Source: a virus. From it: 64,000 bases of DNA. The notes under the pieces are model-generated. The model was not told the origin of the DNA. It did not search any database and was given only the letters and a program-made list of their open reading frames with translations. The stretch lies in the IMG/VR virus record IMGVR_UViG_3300044617_002446, positions 17,324 to 81,323 of that record; one strand, given 5' to 3'. The translations under genes and the position numbers were made by a program. Below, in pieces: positions 50,601-57,845 of this stretch. The first letter of the stretch is position 1. Each line of letters opens with the position of its first letter.

Positions 50601-53600
50601 AAATCCCGCCTGTTCCAGATGTAAGTTGTGCTCTTCCAGGTGTTAATAAATCACCAGTAGCTGCGCGTTTCTCGCGCAAAGATTTTATTGTGTTTCTCGA
50701 TCCAACTAAAATATCTAAAGCGCCTCTGTCACCAGATTTTGAAAATATTTTCTTTAAATTATCTGCGACAATTTGATCTTTTGGCATTGATAAAACTGCG
50801 CGGTCTAGTATATAACTATCGAAAGCCGCCAAATCTTGAAATGATTTTACAATTTTTCCACCAGCCTTTGACGCCATTGTGGTTTTTCCAGAACCAGATG
50901 GACCAAGAATTGTTCTAACGGGCTTTGGCGTTTTAGCTAGAAAATCCAGTACTGCCTTATACTCATTACCGCGAATAACATCGCCCGTAACTATACCAGA
51001 TGCAAAATTAGGTATAAAACCCCCAAATAAATTATTATTTCTTACCCATTTTTCAAGAGAGCTTTGTTTATTAGGAAGTGAATTTGAACCTTTTGCTTCA
51101 TATGGACCAGGGGCGTTACCAAAAAAATCTCTAAGTTGGGCATTTGGCGCGGGGAAATCAAAAGCCTGATTTTTGCTTTGTGCCTCTTGATTGAACGCTT
51201 TTCTAATTGCTGATTCAAAAACCGTTCCAACAGCCGCCATGACAGTACTTTTATCAGAAAATTGTCCTATATCTGAAAAAGATGCGCCCGGATTAAAAAT
51301 GCCCGCAAAACGATTAGCTTCACCTAAAAGAAAATTCGAAATCTTTTTCTGCAACGATCCAGCATTTGCTTGTTTAGCCACATCGCTAGAACTTAGCCCA
51401 GAAGTTTTAAATTTACCAAAATAGCGAGTTGGCTGACCGGTTTTTTTATCTTTTTTCAAAAAATCTACTTCACCAGTATCTTGAATTCCAATATTTTCTG
51501 GATGAATCATTGTATACGCCAAGCTTCCCAAGTCTTTAACTGCCACTCTACCAGATTTAAGTGTCGCTTCCTTTGAACTTCTAGATACAAAAGTTGACTG
51601 CGCTCCCTGCTGAGCCATTAAATTTTTAAATCCAGCTTGCATTTTTGATCCTGCAAAATTTGGAATAAAACCTGAATACAATGGAATAGGAATACTATTA
51701 GCTGAATACTTCTCGTATTTTCCAGCGTTATCCATTTCTATCATTTTTCTTGCAATCGCAAATAATTTTGGGTGAGAATATTCTCTAGATCTTATTATTT
51801 CAGCGCCTCTTTTTTCTATTAATTTTTTATCATATGCTTCGACAGCCGAGCTAGGTAAAAGCAGCCTATTACCCTTTGGGTTTCCTAAACCAAAATTAGA
51901 ATCCTTATATGCAGCTGCACCAGATAATTTCGCCTCAGCTACAGCATATTTACCTTTTTTTATATCAGGACCAACTTTAGATTCAACTAAAGATAAATTT
52001 TTTTCACCTTGAGAAACAGCCTCAAAAACTCTACCTGCTAAAAAAGATGGTTGTGTAGAAGAAGAAATCAAGCTTTTTTGATAGCTTTTTTTTACCTGTG
52101 AAGAAGAGTTGTATTTTTGTTCTTTAGCAGCCAGCCCTTTTATCAATGCAAAATTAGGAATAAATCCACTAGCTGCAATTTCTGTATTTTCACCAAATCC
52201 ATTTGGAGGTCTTACAATCGTAGCCTTTTTACCATCTGCATTTCTAAAATTAACAATATCTTCTTTATTGTTAACCCACGACTGAAAAGACTTTCCAGCT
52301 CCATCGTGAATTCTTGTTTTCTTGGCTTTTCCGGCTTTATATCCGTGTTGGCGCGCCCCAGCATTTTCCATTGCTTGCCCTATTGCCTGCTCTGAAGCAA
52401 AATTAGGAATAAAACCCGCAGATTTAACTGTTGGAACACCAGTTTTACCAACAGAAACACCAGAGCGACCAAGATTTCCAGCAATAACTTTACTTAACCT
52501 TTCTTGCTCTTTCATTACATTTGACTGAGCAGTAAGATAATTCAATAATTGTTTTTCAGCTTGAACGGTGGATAATTTTCCACTTAAAATTTGATTTGTA
52601 AATTGAGTATTCTTTTGAAGAATAGAAAGAACACTTTGCTCCAATGCCGCCTGCTGTTTTGTTGCTTCATTTCTACCAAGAAGCTCCCTTGCAGATCCTG
52701 CCGCAAATTGCGTAAGTTTAACAAAAAGTTTAGTAAGAACAGCAACAGCTAAAACAGTTCCAGGTCCACCAATAAAATTAGAAATACCTTTAAAAAATCC
52801 TTCTATAAATTTTCCGCCTTGACTTTCAGTATCTATATTATTAAATGCTTCAAGGACGTTATTAAAAGAAGAAAGAAAGTTTTTAGCATTGGGTTCAAAA
52901 ACTATAGAACCTATTTTATCAGCAGCTTGCTGTAAGTTTGCAACTGCTTGAGAGGATAACGCGGCAACTGTTTGATTTAATAGCTCATTCCTTCTGATTG
53001 CTTGATCTGTAGAAGATAAAGATGTTTGTAATGCTCTATCATATATACTGTATTCTTTACCGAGATCACCTAAAGCAGCTTTTAAAATGTTAATTTGAAA
53101 AACGCCGCCAACTTGTTCAGCTACATAAGATTTTTGACTTGCGCTTAATGTATCATATGTGCTTGCTAATTGTTGAAGCAGCGAAACAGCACTTTGACCT
53201 TCGCCGGTATCAACCCCAAGACTTTCAAGAAGACTTTGAACTCTTCCGCGTTGTAATCTTGTGAAAATAGTTTTTAAAGAGTTACCAATAACGGCACCGC
53301 CTCTAGCAGTTGTTTGTTGTGCTGTTGTAACAATTGAAATTAATTCATCTAAAGAAACGCCTGCATCTTGAGCAGTTGAACCAACACGGCTTATAGCATT
53401 AGCCAAATCAGCAGAACTAACTGCAAAAGCGGCGTCAACATTCGCCAATTTATTTACAACCTCTACAGCATCAAGCGCAGAACCAGAAAATGAGTTTAAT
53501 GTAGCTGTAAGAGTTTCAACACTTTTTGTAGCGTCTAAACCACTGAGTCTTGTTAAAATAAGGGCAGCATTTGTTCTTTTTAAAGTTTCTTCAACGCCAA

Positions 53601-54027
53601 GACCTTGTCTAGCAAGCTCTGTTGCAGCATCTGCCACCGATGAAAAACTCTGAGCTGTATTTCTAGCTATACTAAATAAAGAGGATCCAAATTTTTCTAA
53701 ATTTGATGAAGAAAGATTTAATAAAACATTTACATCCTGCAGCTTCTTTTCTACTTCTATAGTTGTTGATATTAAAGATGTTATAGCTCTTTCAACAGCA
53801 AAAATAGCACCAGCTGAAGCACCGAAAGCAATAACGCGCGCATTAGAAGCCTCTAAGCTTTTATTAAATTCAGAAACCTGACCGGTTATTCTTCCAAGGG
53901 CTTGCGAGCTTTTTTTTGTATTTATTTGCGAAAGCTCTATTGTTCTTAAAGACTTCTCGATATCGCGCTCCATGCCGCGTGTATTAGCGCGAATATCAAT
54001 AGTAGCTTGTGTTAAACCATTTGCCAT
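44692..54027 (-). CDS. Tail tape-measure protein carrying an internal array of enzymatic domains
   Basis: N-terminal TP901-type TMP domain (ELARQG, LANVDAAFAVSSADLA, ARGGAVIGNSLKTIFTR); long coiled coils; AGPWGALAGAAVG hydrophobic segment; follows tail tube and chaperone genes. Confidence 0.9.
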   Translation of the reverse strand: MANGLTQATIDIRANTRGMERDIEKSLRTIELSQINTKKSSQALGRITGQVSEFNKSLEASNARVIAFGASAGAIFAVERAITSLISTTIEVEKKLQDVNVLLNLSSSNLEKFGSSLFSIARNTAQSFSSVADAATELARQGLGVEETLKRTNAALILTRLSGLDATKSVETLTATLNSFSGSALDAVEVVNKLANVDAAFAVSSADLANAISRVGSTAQDAGVSLDELISIVTTAQQTTARGGAVIGNSLKTIFTRLQRGRVQSLLESLGVDTGEGQSAVSLLQQLASTYDTLSASQKSYVAEQVGGVFQINILKAALGDLGKEYSIYDRALQTSLSSTDQAIRRNELLNQTVAALSSQAVANLQQAADKIGSIVFEPNAKNFLSSFNNVLEAFNNIDTESQGGKFIEGFFKGISNFIGGPGTVLAVAVLTKLFVKLTQFAAGSARELLGRNEATKQQAALEQSVLSILQKNTQFTNQILSGKLSTVQAEKQLLNYLTAQSNVMKEQERLSKVIAGNLGRSGVSVGKTGVPTVKSAGFIPNFASEQAIGQAMENAGARQHGYKAGKAKKTRIHDGAGKSFQSWVNNKEDIVNFRNADGKKATIVRPPNGFGENTEIAASGFIPNFALIKGLAAKEQKYNSSSQVKKSYQKSLISSSTQPSFLAGRVFEAVSQGEKNLSLVESKVGPDIKKGKYAVAEAKLSGAAAYKDSNFGLGNPKGNRLLLPSSAVEAYDKKLIEKRGAEIIRSREYSHPKLFAIARKMIEMDNAGKYEKYSANSIPIPLYSGFIPNFAGSKMQAGFKNLMAQQGAQSTFVSRSSKEATLKSGRVAVKDLGSLAYTMIHPENIGIQDTGEVDFLKKDKKTGQPTRYFGKFKTSGLSSSDVAKQANAGSLQKKISNFLLGEANRFAGIFNPGASFSDIGQFSDKSTVMAAVGTVFESAIRKAFNQEAQSKNQAFDFPAPNAQLRDFFGNAPGPYEAKGSNSLPNKQSSLEKWVRNNNLFGGFIPNFASGIVTGDVIRGNEYKAVLDFLAKTPKPVRTILGPSGSGKTTMASKAGGKIVKSFQDLAAFDSYILDRAVLSMPKDQIVADNLKKIFSKSGDRGALDILVGSRNTIKSLREKRAATGDLLTPGRAQLTSGTGGISSFTKGVRGFSSEYPGASVSRIFKKAGEYQTRKILSGGFLPNFATKGLTFSQGKKDEFGFSTLVAKMDGKKVGSFEYSEDKPGKVSVDDISVAREYRGQGIAGELYRKAMEINRGKMMSGQILPQTSRFLEKLKAGQPVSAETLYPQMRRAQMAKKAIFEVWGHKGMDEEQMTTAQFKSFIDAQIKILKNDPDKFTDYFGDVQAGVYRGLGVQLKTQSSAGFIPNFLDIKKSNLPIGVRGRTNYGNGSKSNIELGTGATENTLAHELFHNVYSRSTFRKSVSNPSIGKFISDPKKYAGVKSIISSFLFKGVNEKNLYSGLGLNPVQLDFEGRNPSSTYSGGKAVDEIITRIQEKVFRNKGNLDLLSADEKTFVRNLENAGIIDRKRLSNISRRSKEGSKFRALVENRFSSAMSGASSRFLPNFADQLRRNVYDWDGTIIPRFSGKPDEYINKLNSLKEKDLLPIGKKLKAGKKKFDILTARPQIFENAISQTASRLGLPVNKINFGVRPKDKIIEANKRGAKIIDDDLSLLGKKGYLNARLVNKRLGSGFIPNFADLSQVMALESAMSGEKATYHSKPFPHVRNKSQPTFGSAMADHGGLNKALKDSVTGQKSAGLLSGGFIPNFAESSSSGSENTIAAVLAGLQGLAFSLVFINQQFKDAGKSIKESEESLTDFSSSVEKQEKNIGVLEKKRDKNLESIKNQTFGSKNVKKAEAGVAAAEKNLLDARSTGNRYDVVLAQDLLDKQQIRLVSAQEKETKARLASSKNLNDIIKAQKEGLAANKAETAARQKEIKQQKISRYTSLAFPVGSALQIAAPQIASFVPEENRGTRAGIEAVGNIAGMAGMGAMAGPWGALAGAAVGLALEIPKIEKALTSKMPEFEKAVTAATESFTKFSESGQQFLTASEQLKTISSDPNSSAEQVVAAEKNYVNVLASLPTKYQEQLVQAERLGKAQETYSQILEQLTLEKAGAETAAQTRSVFEKGKTGELEKIGRGFLALGELVITPGAALGQLAGQNTLNESSDRLKRNLNEAAFGDLVSSGDMSSIVNQTYAFTKVLDDASTPFNEASIAALNFGEKLDLAAAQIKNGDIQGGFEAEKATLISALKSAFSESGGILDGNETQILEELKNTINRPDQLLAWIEKYQSANDQFISAQENLDKARQAIEENRKREEAKRAKERERADKSAASLSVLQAQVDKVFKDFSSSIDDAVSGVKFQNQLKANRGDFAKDIYGLTNLPNAERNQDVNNRIFEIQRNGEEERTDILTKGTTGIIDSIGSSIAGLSLKEDQLTGLNEAEKITKVTDFEREKEQLRASLLGSGINEKLLKGDVGGARADAAKFISELKASGKFTESAIQDLQNKITKELDDIDRGVKTSNRNEQQQKALLAQQLAFEKARQKIVEAQSLGGGPEEITKGLLNEEDSLVNQIKDSLAATVGGGYNVGNLTTNEFGKIVDKATGEAPAFDKLGSLTDSISKLTRFAGVPIMSMGDTNFKAIAQGYSSFLSKSVDEFEAQAGGALGPEIFDRLREQIQSLQAGGDTGTMTAANLQLLQKFGAIDSGQYVDAVTSDYTKTAFEGLPKELKDAYMGVTGDTKLQVLTINNQTKEVVGKLNEVEDAIRESFDISKIGSQLEAAINKGRAAEMKISMENALSDAKEELSFAQTELDTKKGKTEESKKLRDLAISKFAGDNALQKADLGSENNASFIEMYSKAFSDEAIQQARTNVSTGASTAKQDKEFIKQAELFKDFVAADQAYKTAVGEQRSAEVQINKNKEKFGRAEANVTDIRSQLGANATPESIQSIVGRNAALGKEGYFTPGSTNFMNPNLVTATNKTAFSGIVQPNSQAPVTQNAMPRQPSPTEQALSTMPSMSAAAAGAGATYNISVPVSVTIPTSTPQDVQNGMATKVEAIYVDEIKAGVDRANQKINELRSELEKGGAIKAKPPMSTNKTLSSMTPDQLGSLQKKA
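48724..52416 (-). repeat. Nine dispersed 21-nt/7-aa repeats GF(I/L)PNFA within the TMP
   Basis: Copies at 52396-52416, 52147-52167, 51652-51672, 51001-51021, 50470-50490, 49921-49941, 49330-49350, 48937-48957, 48724-48744, all in frame. Confidence 0.95.
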
Positions 54028-54057
54028 AAATTTTCCTTTTTCCGGTATATAATTTAT

Positions 54058-54062
54058 TACAC
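54058..54062 (-). promoter_or_regulatory. GTGTA putative late-promoter motif for the TMP gene
   Basis: TACAC on the + strand, 30 nt upstream of the TMP ATG; leader contains GGAAAAAGGA. Confidence 0.55.
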
Positions 54063-54082
54063 AAGAAATGTATTTTTATACA

Positions 54083-55141
54083 TTAATTTTTCCCTAATTT
54101 AGTAGCCGAATCGGTCTTTTTAATGGCGCCATATATATTTAATTCTCCACCTGATTCTTTTGCCGCTGAAAGTAAATCAACAGAACCAACATCAGATTCA
54201 TTAACACCAATATCCTTATAATCGGAAGCCGTTGCTCCAACTATCGAAGACATTCTACCCGTTCTTTCTCCGCGTTTATTTTTTTGATTTGGCGATCTAT
54301 CTAAAAGCTTTTTAGTTCTAGAGGATGACGATGAATCTTTTTCACACCATTCAACAAGCATTTCAGGATTATTTAATACGTCTTCTGGTATTCTTTCGGT
54401 AGTATTATTTATCAGTTTTCTATAGGACGAACCAAATGAAAAAACATCAATTTGATTACACGTCAATTCAATAACGGGTTTGCCATAAAAATTATAAATT
54501 GGGAAGTCCGCACCAGTCAAAATAACAAGATTTTGAAAAAAAGCAGAGGCGGCAACAATTTTTAAATTTTCTATCTTAGTTAAACTTAAGCAATTAAATA
54601 ATTTGTCCCAAAGTTGGGAATATTCAGACTCGCTTAATTCCTCAAAAAAAAGTCCATCACTCGAAACCTGTTTTTGCATAGCCGCATCTTTAAAAAGACT
54701 ATATATTAAATAATATCTATTATAATATTTTTCAGCATATTCTTCGGCAGTTACAGGTATAATGCTTTTTCTTTCATTTAATATTAAATTTAACTTATCA
54801 AATTCAGAATCAATTGTTTTTTGAACCTCATCTTTTTGTGATTGTAAAAGGAGTTTACTTTTACTTTTATTAAGACTTTCAATAAAGCTTTTTGATGTTC
54901 TAATTTCGTCTTCCTTGCTTTTCGACCACCAGTTTTTCTCTATAAAGAAGTCAAGGTATTCTTTTTCTGTTTTAACACCGCTTTTTTGCGCTATAAAAAT
55001 ACCCTCATTGTATTTTTCCTTTAAAGCTTGCTTGTCTGAATGCCTTGGGTGTTTTAAATAAAAAACTTCATCTAAAAAATTTATTTCATCGTAACCTCTA
55101 GATACAATAGTATATATTTTTTGTATCTGGTCGTACTCCAT
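54083..55141 (-). CDS. Probable tail assembly chaperone
   Basis: Helical 352-aa protein directly upstream of the TMP (synteny-based call). Confidence 0.5.
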   Translation of the reverse strand: MEYDQIQKIYTIVSRGYDEINFLDEVFYLKHPRHSDKQALKEKYNEGIFIAQKSGVKTEKEYLDFFIEKNWWSKSKEDEIRTSKSFIESLNKSKSKLLLQSQKDEVQKTIDSEFDKLNLILNERKSIIPVTAEEYAEKYYNRYYLIYSLFKDAAMQKQVSSDGLFFEELSESEYSQLWDKLFNCLSLTKIENLKIVAASAFFQNLVILTGADFPIYNFYGKPVIELTCNQIDVFSFGSSYRKLINNTTERIPEDVLNNPEMLVEWCEKDSSSSSRTKKLLDRSPNQKNKRGERTGRMSSIVGATASDYKDIGVNESDVGSVDLLSAAKESGGELNIYGAIKKTDSATKLGKN

Positions 55142-55158
55142 AAATACGACTGAAACAA

Positions 55159-55956
55159 TTACTGTTTCGAAATTACATCAGAAACATTTTGATCAGTTGT
55201 TTTGTTTGATTCATCCAGGGGCGACTCTTGCTTTTCTTCGTTTTCAACTTGATCAGCAAGATCTTCTTCAACTTCGCGTTTTAAAAATTCCGCATCCAAT
55301 GATTCAAATTCTTTAAATGTGTTAGCGCTTCCAAGATACCAAATAGTAACAAGGTAGTTTATTCTAGAAAGAATAGAAGACAAAAATTCATCGTTTTCTA
55401 AAATTGAATCATAACTATCTAGCTTTTCATCAATTGTTCCGTCGCCAAGAATTTTTTTAAACTCTCCATTTTCAAGTTGTTCTGCACCTAAATTTGCTGA
55501 CCACCAAACAATGGTTTTATTTCTAGCTTTTGCTTCTGCGGTATATTCAAAAGCATTTATTTGAGCAAGCTCCATTTCTTGCATTTGTTTTCTAACCAAA
55601 GCTATATCTGTTTGTAGTTCCAACAGCTCATCAGATTCTTCTTTTGAACGATCTGCTGCTTTTTTGACTGAAATCTTATCAACCTTTTCGCGGGCTTCAA
55701 CCAATTTTACATAAAGATCAGAATATTCCTTTTTGTCAACATCTGATATTATACCACCCTTATCTTTAAAAAGTTTATCCCAAAGTATTTTTGGCAAAAT
55801 TCCAGCAGCGATAAATTGTGAAAGCCTAGAGGCATAATAAAGTTCGCCGTCTTCTTTCATTTTTCTTGTCGGATTTAAAATACAAAAAGTTCTTTTTTTG
55901 CCATCCTTTGAAGAAGCCTCAAATTTATATAGATATTTATTTTTTTCGTTTTTCAT
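55159..55956 (-). CDS. Probable tail assembly chaperone
   Basis: Between tail tube and TMP; coiled-coil and acidic tail (synteny-based call). Confidence 0.5.
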   Translation of the reverse strand: MKNEKNKYLYKFEASSKDGKKRTFCILNPTRKMKEDGELYYASRLSQFIAAGILPKILWDKLFKDKGGIISDVDKKEYSDLYVKLVEAREKVDKISVKKAADRSKEESDELLELQTDIALVRKQMQEMELAQINAFEYTAEAKARNKTIVWWSANLGAEQLENGEFKKILGDGTIDEKLDSYDSILENDEFLSSILSRINYLVTIWYLGSANTFKEFESLDAEFLKREVEEDLADQVENEEKQESPLDESNKTTDQNVSDVISKQ

Positions 55957-55957
55957 A

Positions 55958-56194
55958 TTAATTTACAATTTTTATGTTTTCAAAAACAGAACTGATTTGC
56001 TCTTGAATATTTCTGATCGCGCCGTTTCCGTTATCTAATATCTCTTTGCGCTTTTTATTATATTCATTTTCTGAAATCTTTCCAGAATTAAGCAGTTCCT
56101 CCAAGTAGGTCAAATAACCTATAAATAAATACTTTATCTCTTTCTCTATTTTCTGAGACAGAAATTTATCGAAATAAAATTCAATTTTTTGCAT
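55958..56194 (-). CDS. Small helical hypothetical protein
   Basis: 78 aa, GKISENEY.KKRKEILD (SHOCT-like); own GTGTA motif upstream. Confidence 0.65.
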   Translation of the reverse strand: MQKIEFYFDKFLSQKIEKEIKYLFIGYLTYLEELLNSGKISENEYNKKRKEILDNGNGAIRNIQEQISSVFENIKIVN

Positions 56195-56234
56195 AACCTT
56201 TTTGACCTTTGATAACCTTGTTCCTTATGTACTA

Positions 56235-56239
56235 TACAC
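56235..56239 (-). promoter_or_regulatory. GTGTA putative late-promoter motif
   Basis: TACAC just downstream (in transcription direction) of a terminator and 40 nt before the ATG at 56194. Confidence 0.55.
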
Positions 56240-56260
56240 TATCAAGAAAAACTATAGAAC

Positions 56261-56288
56261 AAAAAAAAGAGCTGCCGAAGCAGCTCTT
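56261..56288 (-). terminator. Rho-independent terminator after the tail-tube transcription unit
   Basis: Minus strand AAGAGCTGC-TTCG-GCAGCTCTT followed by a T-run; 9-bp stem with a C(UUCG)G tetraloop. Confidence 0.9.
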
Positions 56289-56314
56289 ATAAAATATTTT
56301 ATCTTCTATTTGAT

Positions 56315-56623
56315 TTATATTTTGGTGGTCGACTCGTTGTTTTCTTTTTCCTCTTCGAATGTGGAGATTTTTTTGAATTCGATTTTTTGTTGGTTATTTT
56401 TTGAGGTTGAAAACTCAATAGATTCTTCTTTTTTACTAATCGAATCAACTTGCTTTTCAATTTTTGTATCCAACTTAAAATTTTTAGATATATATTCATA
56501 ATCAGAATCAGAAAGCTGTATAGTATCACCAAACTTTTTACCGCGTTTTAGAATCTCCTGTTCGTATCCAGGAAGTCTATTAATAGCGGCAGATTTAATG
56601 TCTGCTAAAAACAGTCTTTTCAT
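56315..56623 (-). CDS. Hypothetical protein
   Basis: 102-aa ORF between the tail tube gene and the terminator. Confidence 0.6.
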   Translation of the reverse strand: MKRLFLADIKSAAINRLPGYEQEILKRGKKFGDTIQLSDSDYEYISKNFKLDTKIEKQVDSISKKEESIEFSTSKNNQQKIEFKKISTFEEEKENNESTTKI

Positions 56624-56640
56624 TTTTAAAGTATTTTATA

Positions 56641-57756
56641 TTAAGGAGCCGGTGTTAAAACAGCTGGATCATAGCTACCAGAGACTCTAACGCCCTTGGG
56701 GTCTTCTGGTCCACCGATACTAACTTCGTATTCCAAAGTAACAGAAGCGTTGTCGCCAATTGATGTAGAAACATTCTCTGAAAGAAGTTTCGCACCATTT
56801 AACTGTGCTATCATTGCGGGTGCACCTACACCAGAACAGTCATTCCTTCTAAGTGTTATTGAAAGATTATACTCGCTTGTATCGCAAAGCAAATCAGAAA
56901 GATTAAAATTAGCCAAATCGCCCATTTGAGCTTCAACAGAAAGAGAAGCGGTAACGGGGAAGTCAATTTCGCGGCTGAACGGGAATCTGCTACCGAGTTT
57001 TTCGATAGGAGTTCTTCCTAAATCAGTTGAAAGGGTAAAGCTTTGAATCTTGATATCATTTGCAGTAAACCCTTTAACTTGATCATCTGTAAGAGATAAA
57101 GTTATATCGCCGGGTCTTAATACTGTGATTTGACCAGCGTAACTGTTTGTTTGAGCTTGAGGAAGTCTAAATGGCACGCCTGCAACTTTTGTTCCTAGAG
57201 TTGGGTTGATTGCTGGAACATCTTGTGTTCCATTGAGCGTAGAATAAACCGCAAAGTTTAGTGCCTCAAAATCAGCAGAAGCAGTAGGAATATCGCCTAC
57301 AGAAGCTTCAAGTGAATAAGATGTTAAATAACCATTTCCGACTCCGAATGCGCCCGTAGGAACATCGGTATAGTTAGAAGCATCACTACCTTCTTTAGCA
57401 ACAAGAAGAAAATAATTTTTTTCATCTGTTTCTTTTCTTAAAATACCAGAAAGCAATGCGCTTGTTGATTGACCGCTACCGCAAACACTCAAGCCGATCA
57501 TTTTTTCATTTAATCCATCTGTTGGATACCATGAAGTGCTCATGTTTACTGTAGGAGCTTCAACTTCAATACGATCAATAGCAGCAAGATTTCCGTATTG
57601 GTTTACATCAGTAAAGTTTCTTGAAAAGTCAGAATCCCAACTTTGAACTCTGGAAAGCTGAAGTACACTTTTATCGCTTGTATGACTACCAGATTGAGCG
57701 GGGTTTTGTCCAGCATAAAGAGCTAAACTTTGATAAATGATACGATTTCTTGCCAT
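56641..57756 (-). CDS. Major tail tube protein
   Basis: 371 aa beta-rich, low-AT codon style typical of highly expressed genes; upstream of chaperones/TMP; MARNRIIYQS...LSRVQS, QSFTLS..L.R.P..KLG. Confidence 0.7.
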   Translation of the reverse strand: MARNRIIYQSLALYAGQNPAQSGSHTSDKSVLQLSRVQSWDSDFSRNFTDVNQYGNLAAIDRIEVEAPTVNMSTSWYPTDGLNEKMIGLSVCGSGQSTSALLSGILRKETDEKNYFLLVAKEGSDASNYTDVPTGAFGVGNGYLTSYSLEASVGDIPTASADFEALNFAVYSTLNGTQDVPAINPTLGTKVAGVPFRLPQAQTNSYAGQITVLRPGDITLSLTDDQVKGFTANDIKIQSFTLSTDLGRTPIEKLGSRFPFSREIDFPVTASLSVEAQMGDLANFNLSDLLCDTSEYNLSITLRRNDCSGVGAPAMIAQLNGAKLLSENVSTSIGDNASVTLEYEVSIGGPEDPKGVRVSGSYDPAVLTPAP

Positions 57757-57845
57757 AATTTTATTTTATTTTAATTGTTATTTGTTTTTAAATTAACTAG
57801 ATATAAGCTTATTACATTAAAAATCTGAAGCTGAGAACATTAATT

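Noticed and set aside
48724-52416. GFIPNFA DNA repeats as a CRISPR array or attC-type sites
   Set aside because: Spacers are 190-630 nt and in-frame coding, the repeats are not palindromic and vary at wobble positions, and no cas1/cas2 or integrase is present.
54083-55956. Programmed frameshift (lambda G/GT-type) between the chaperone genes
   Set aside because: Both ORFs have their own ATG and are separated by a short gap; no convincing slippery site near the end of the first.
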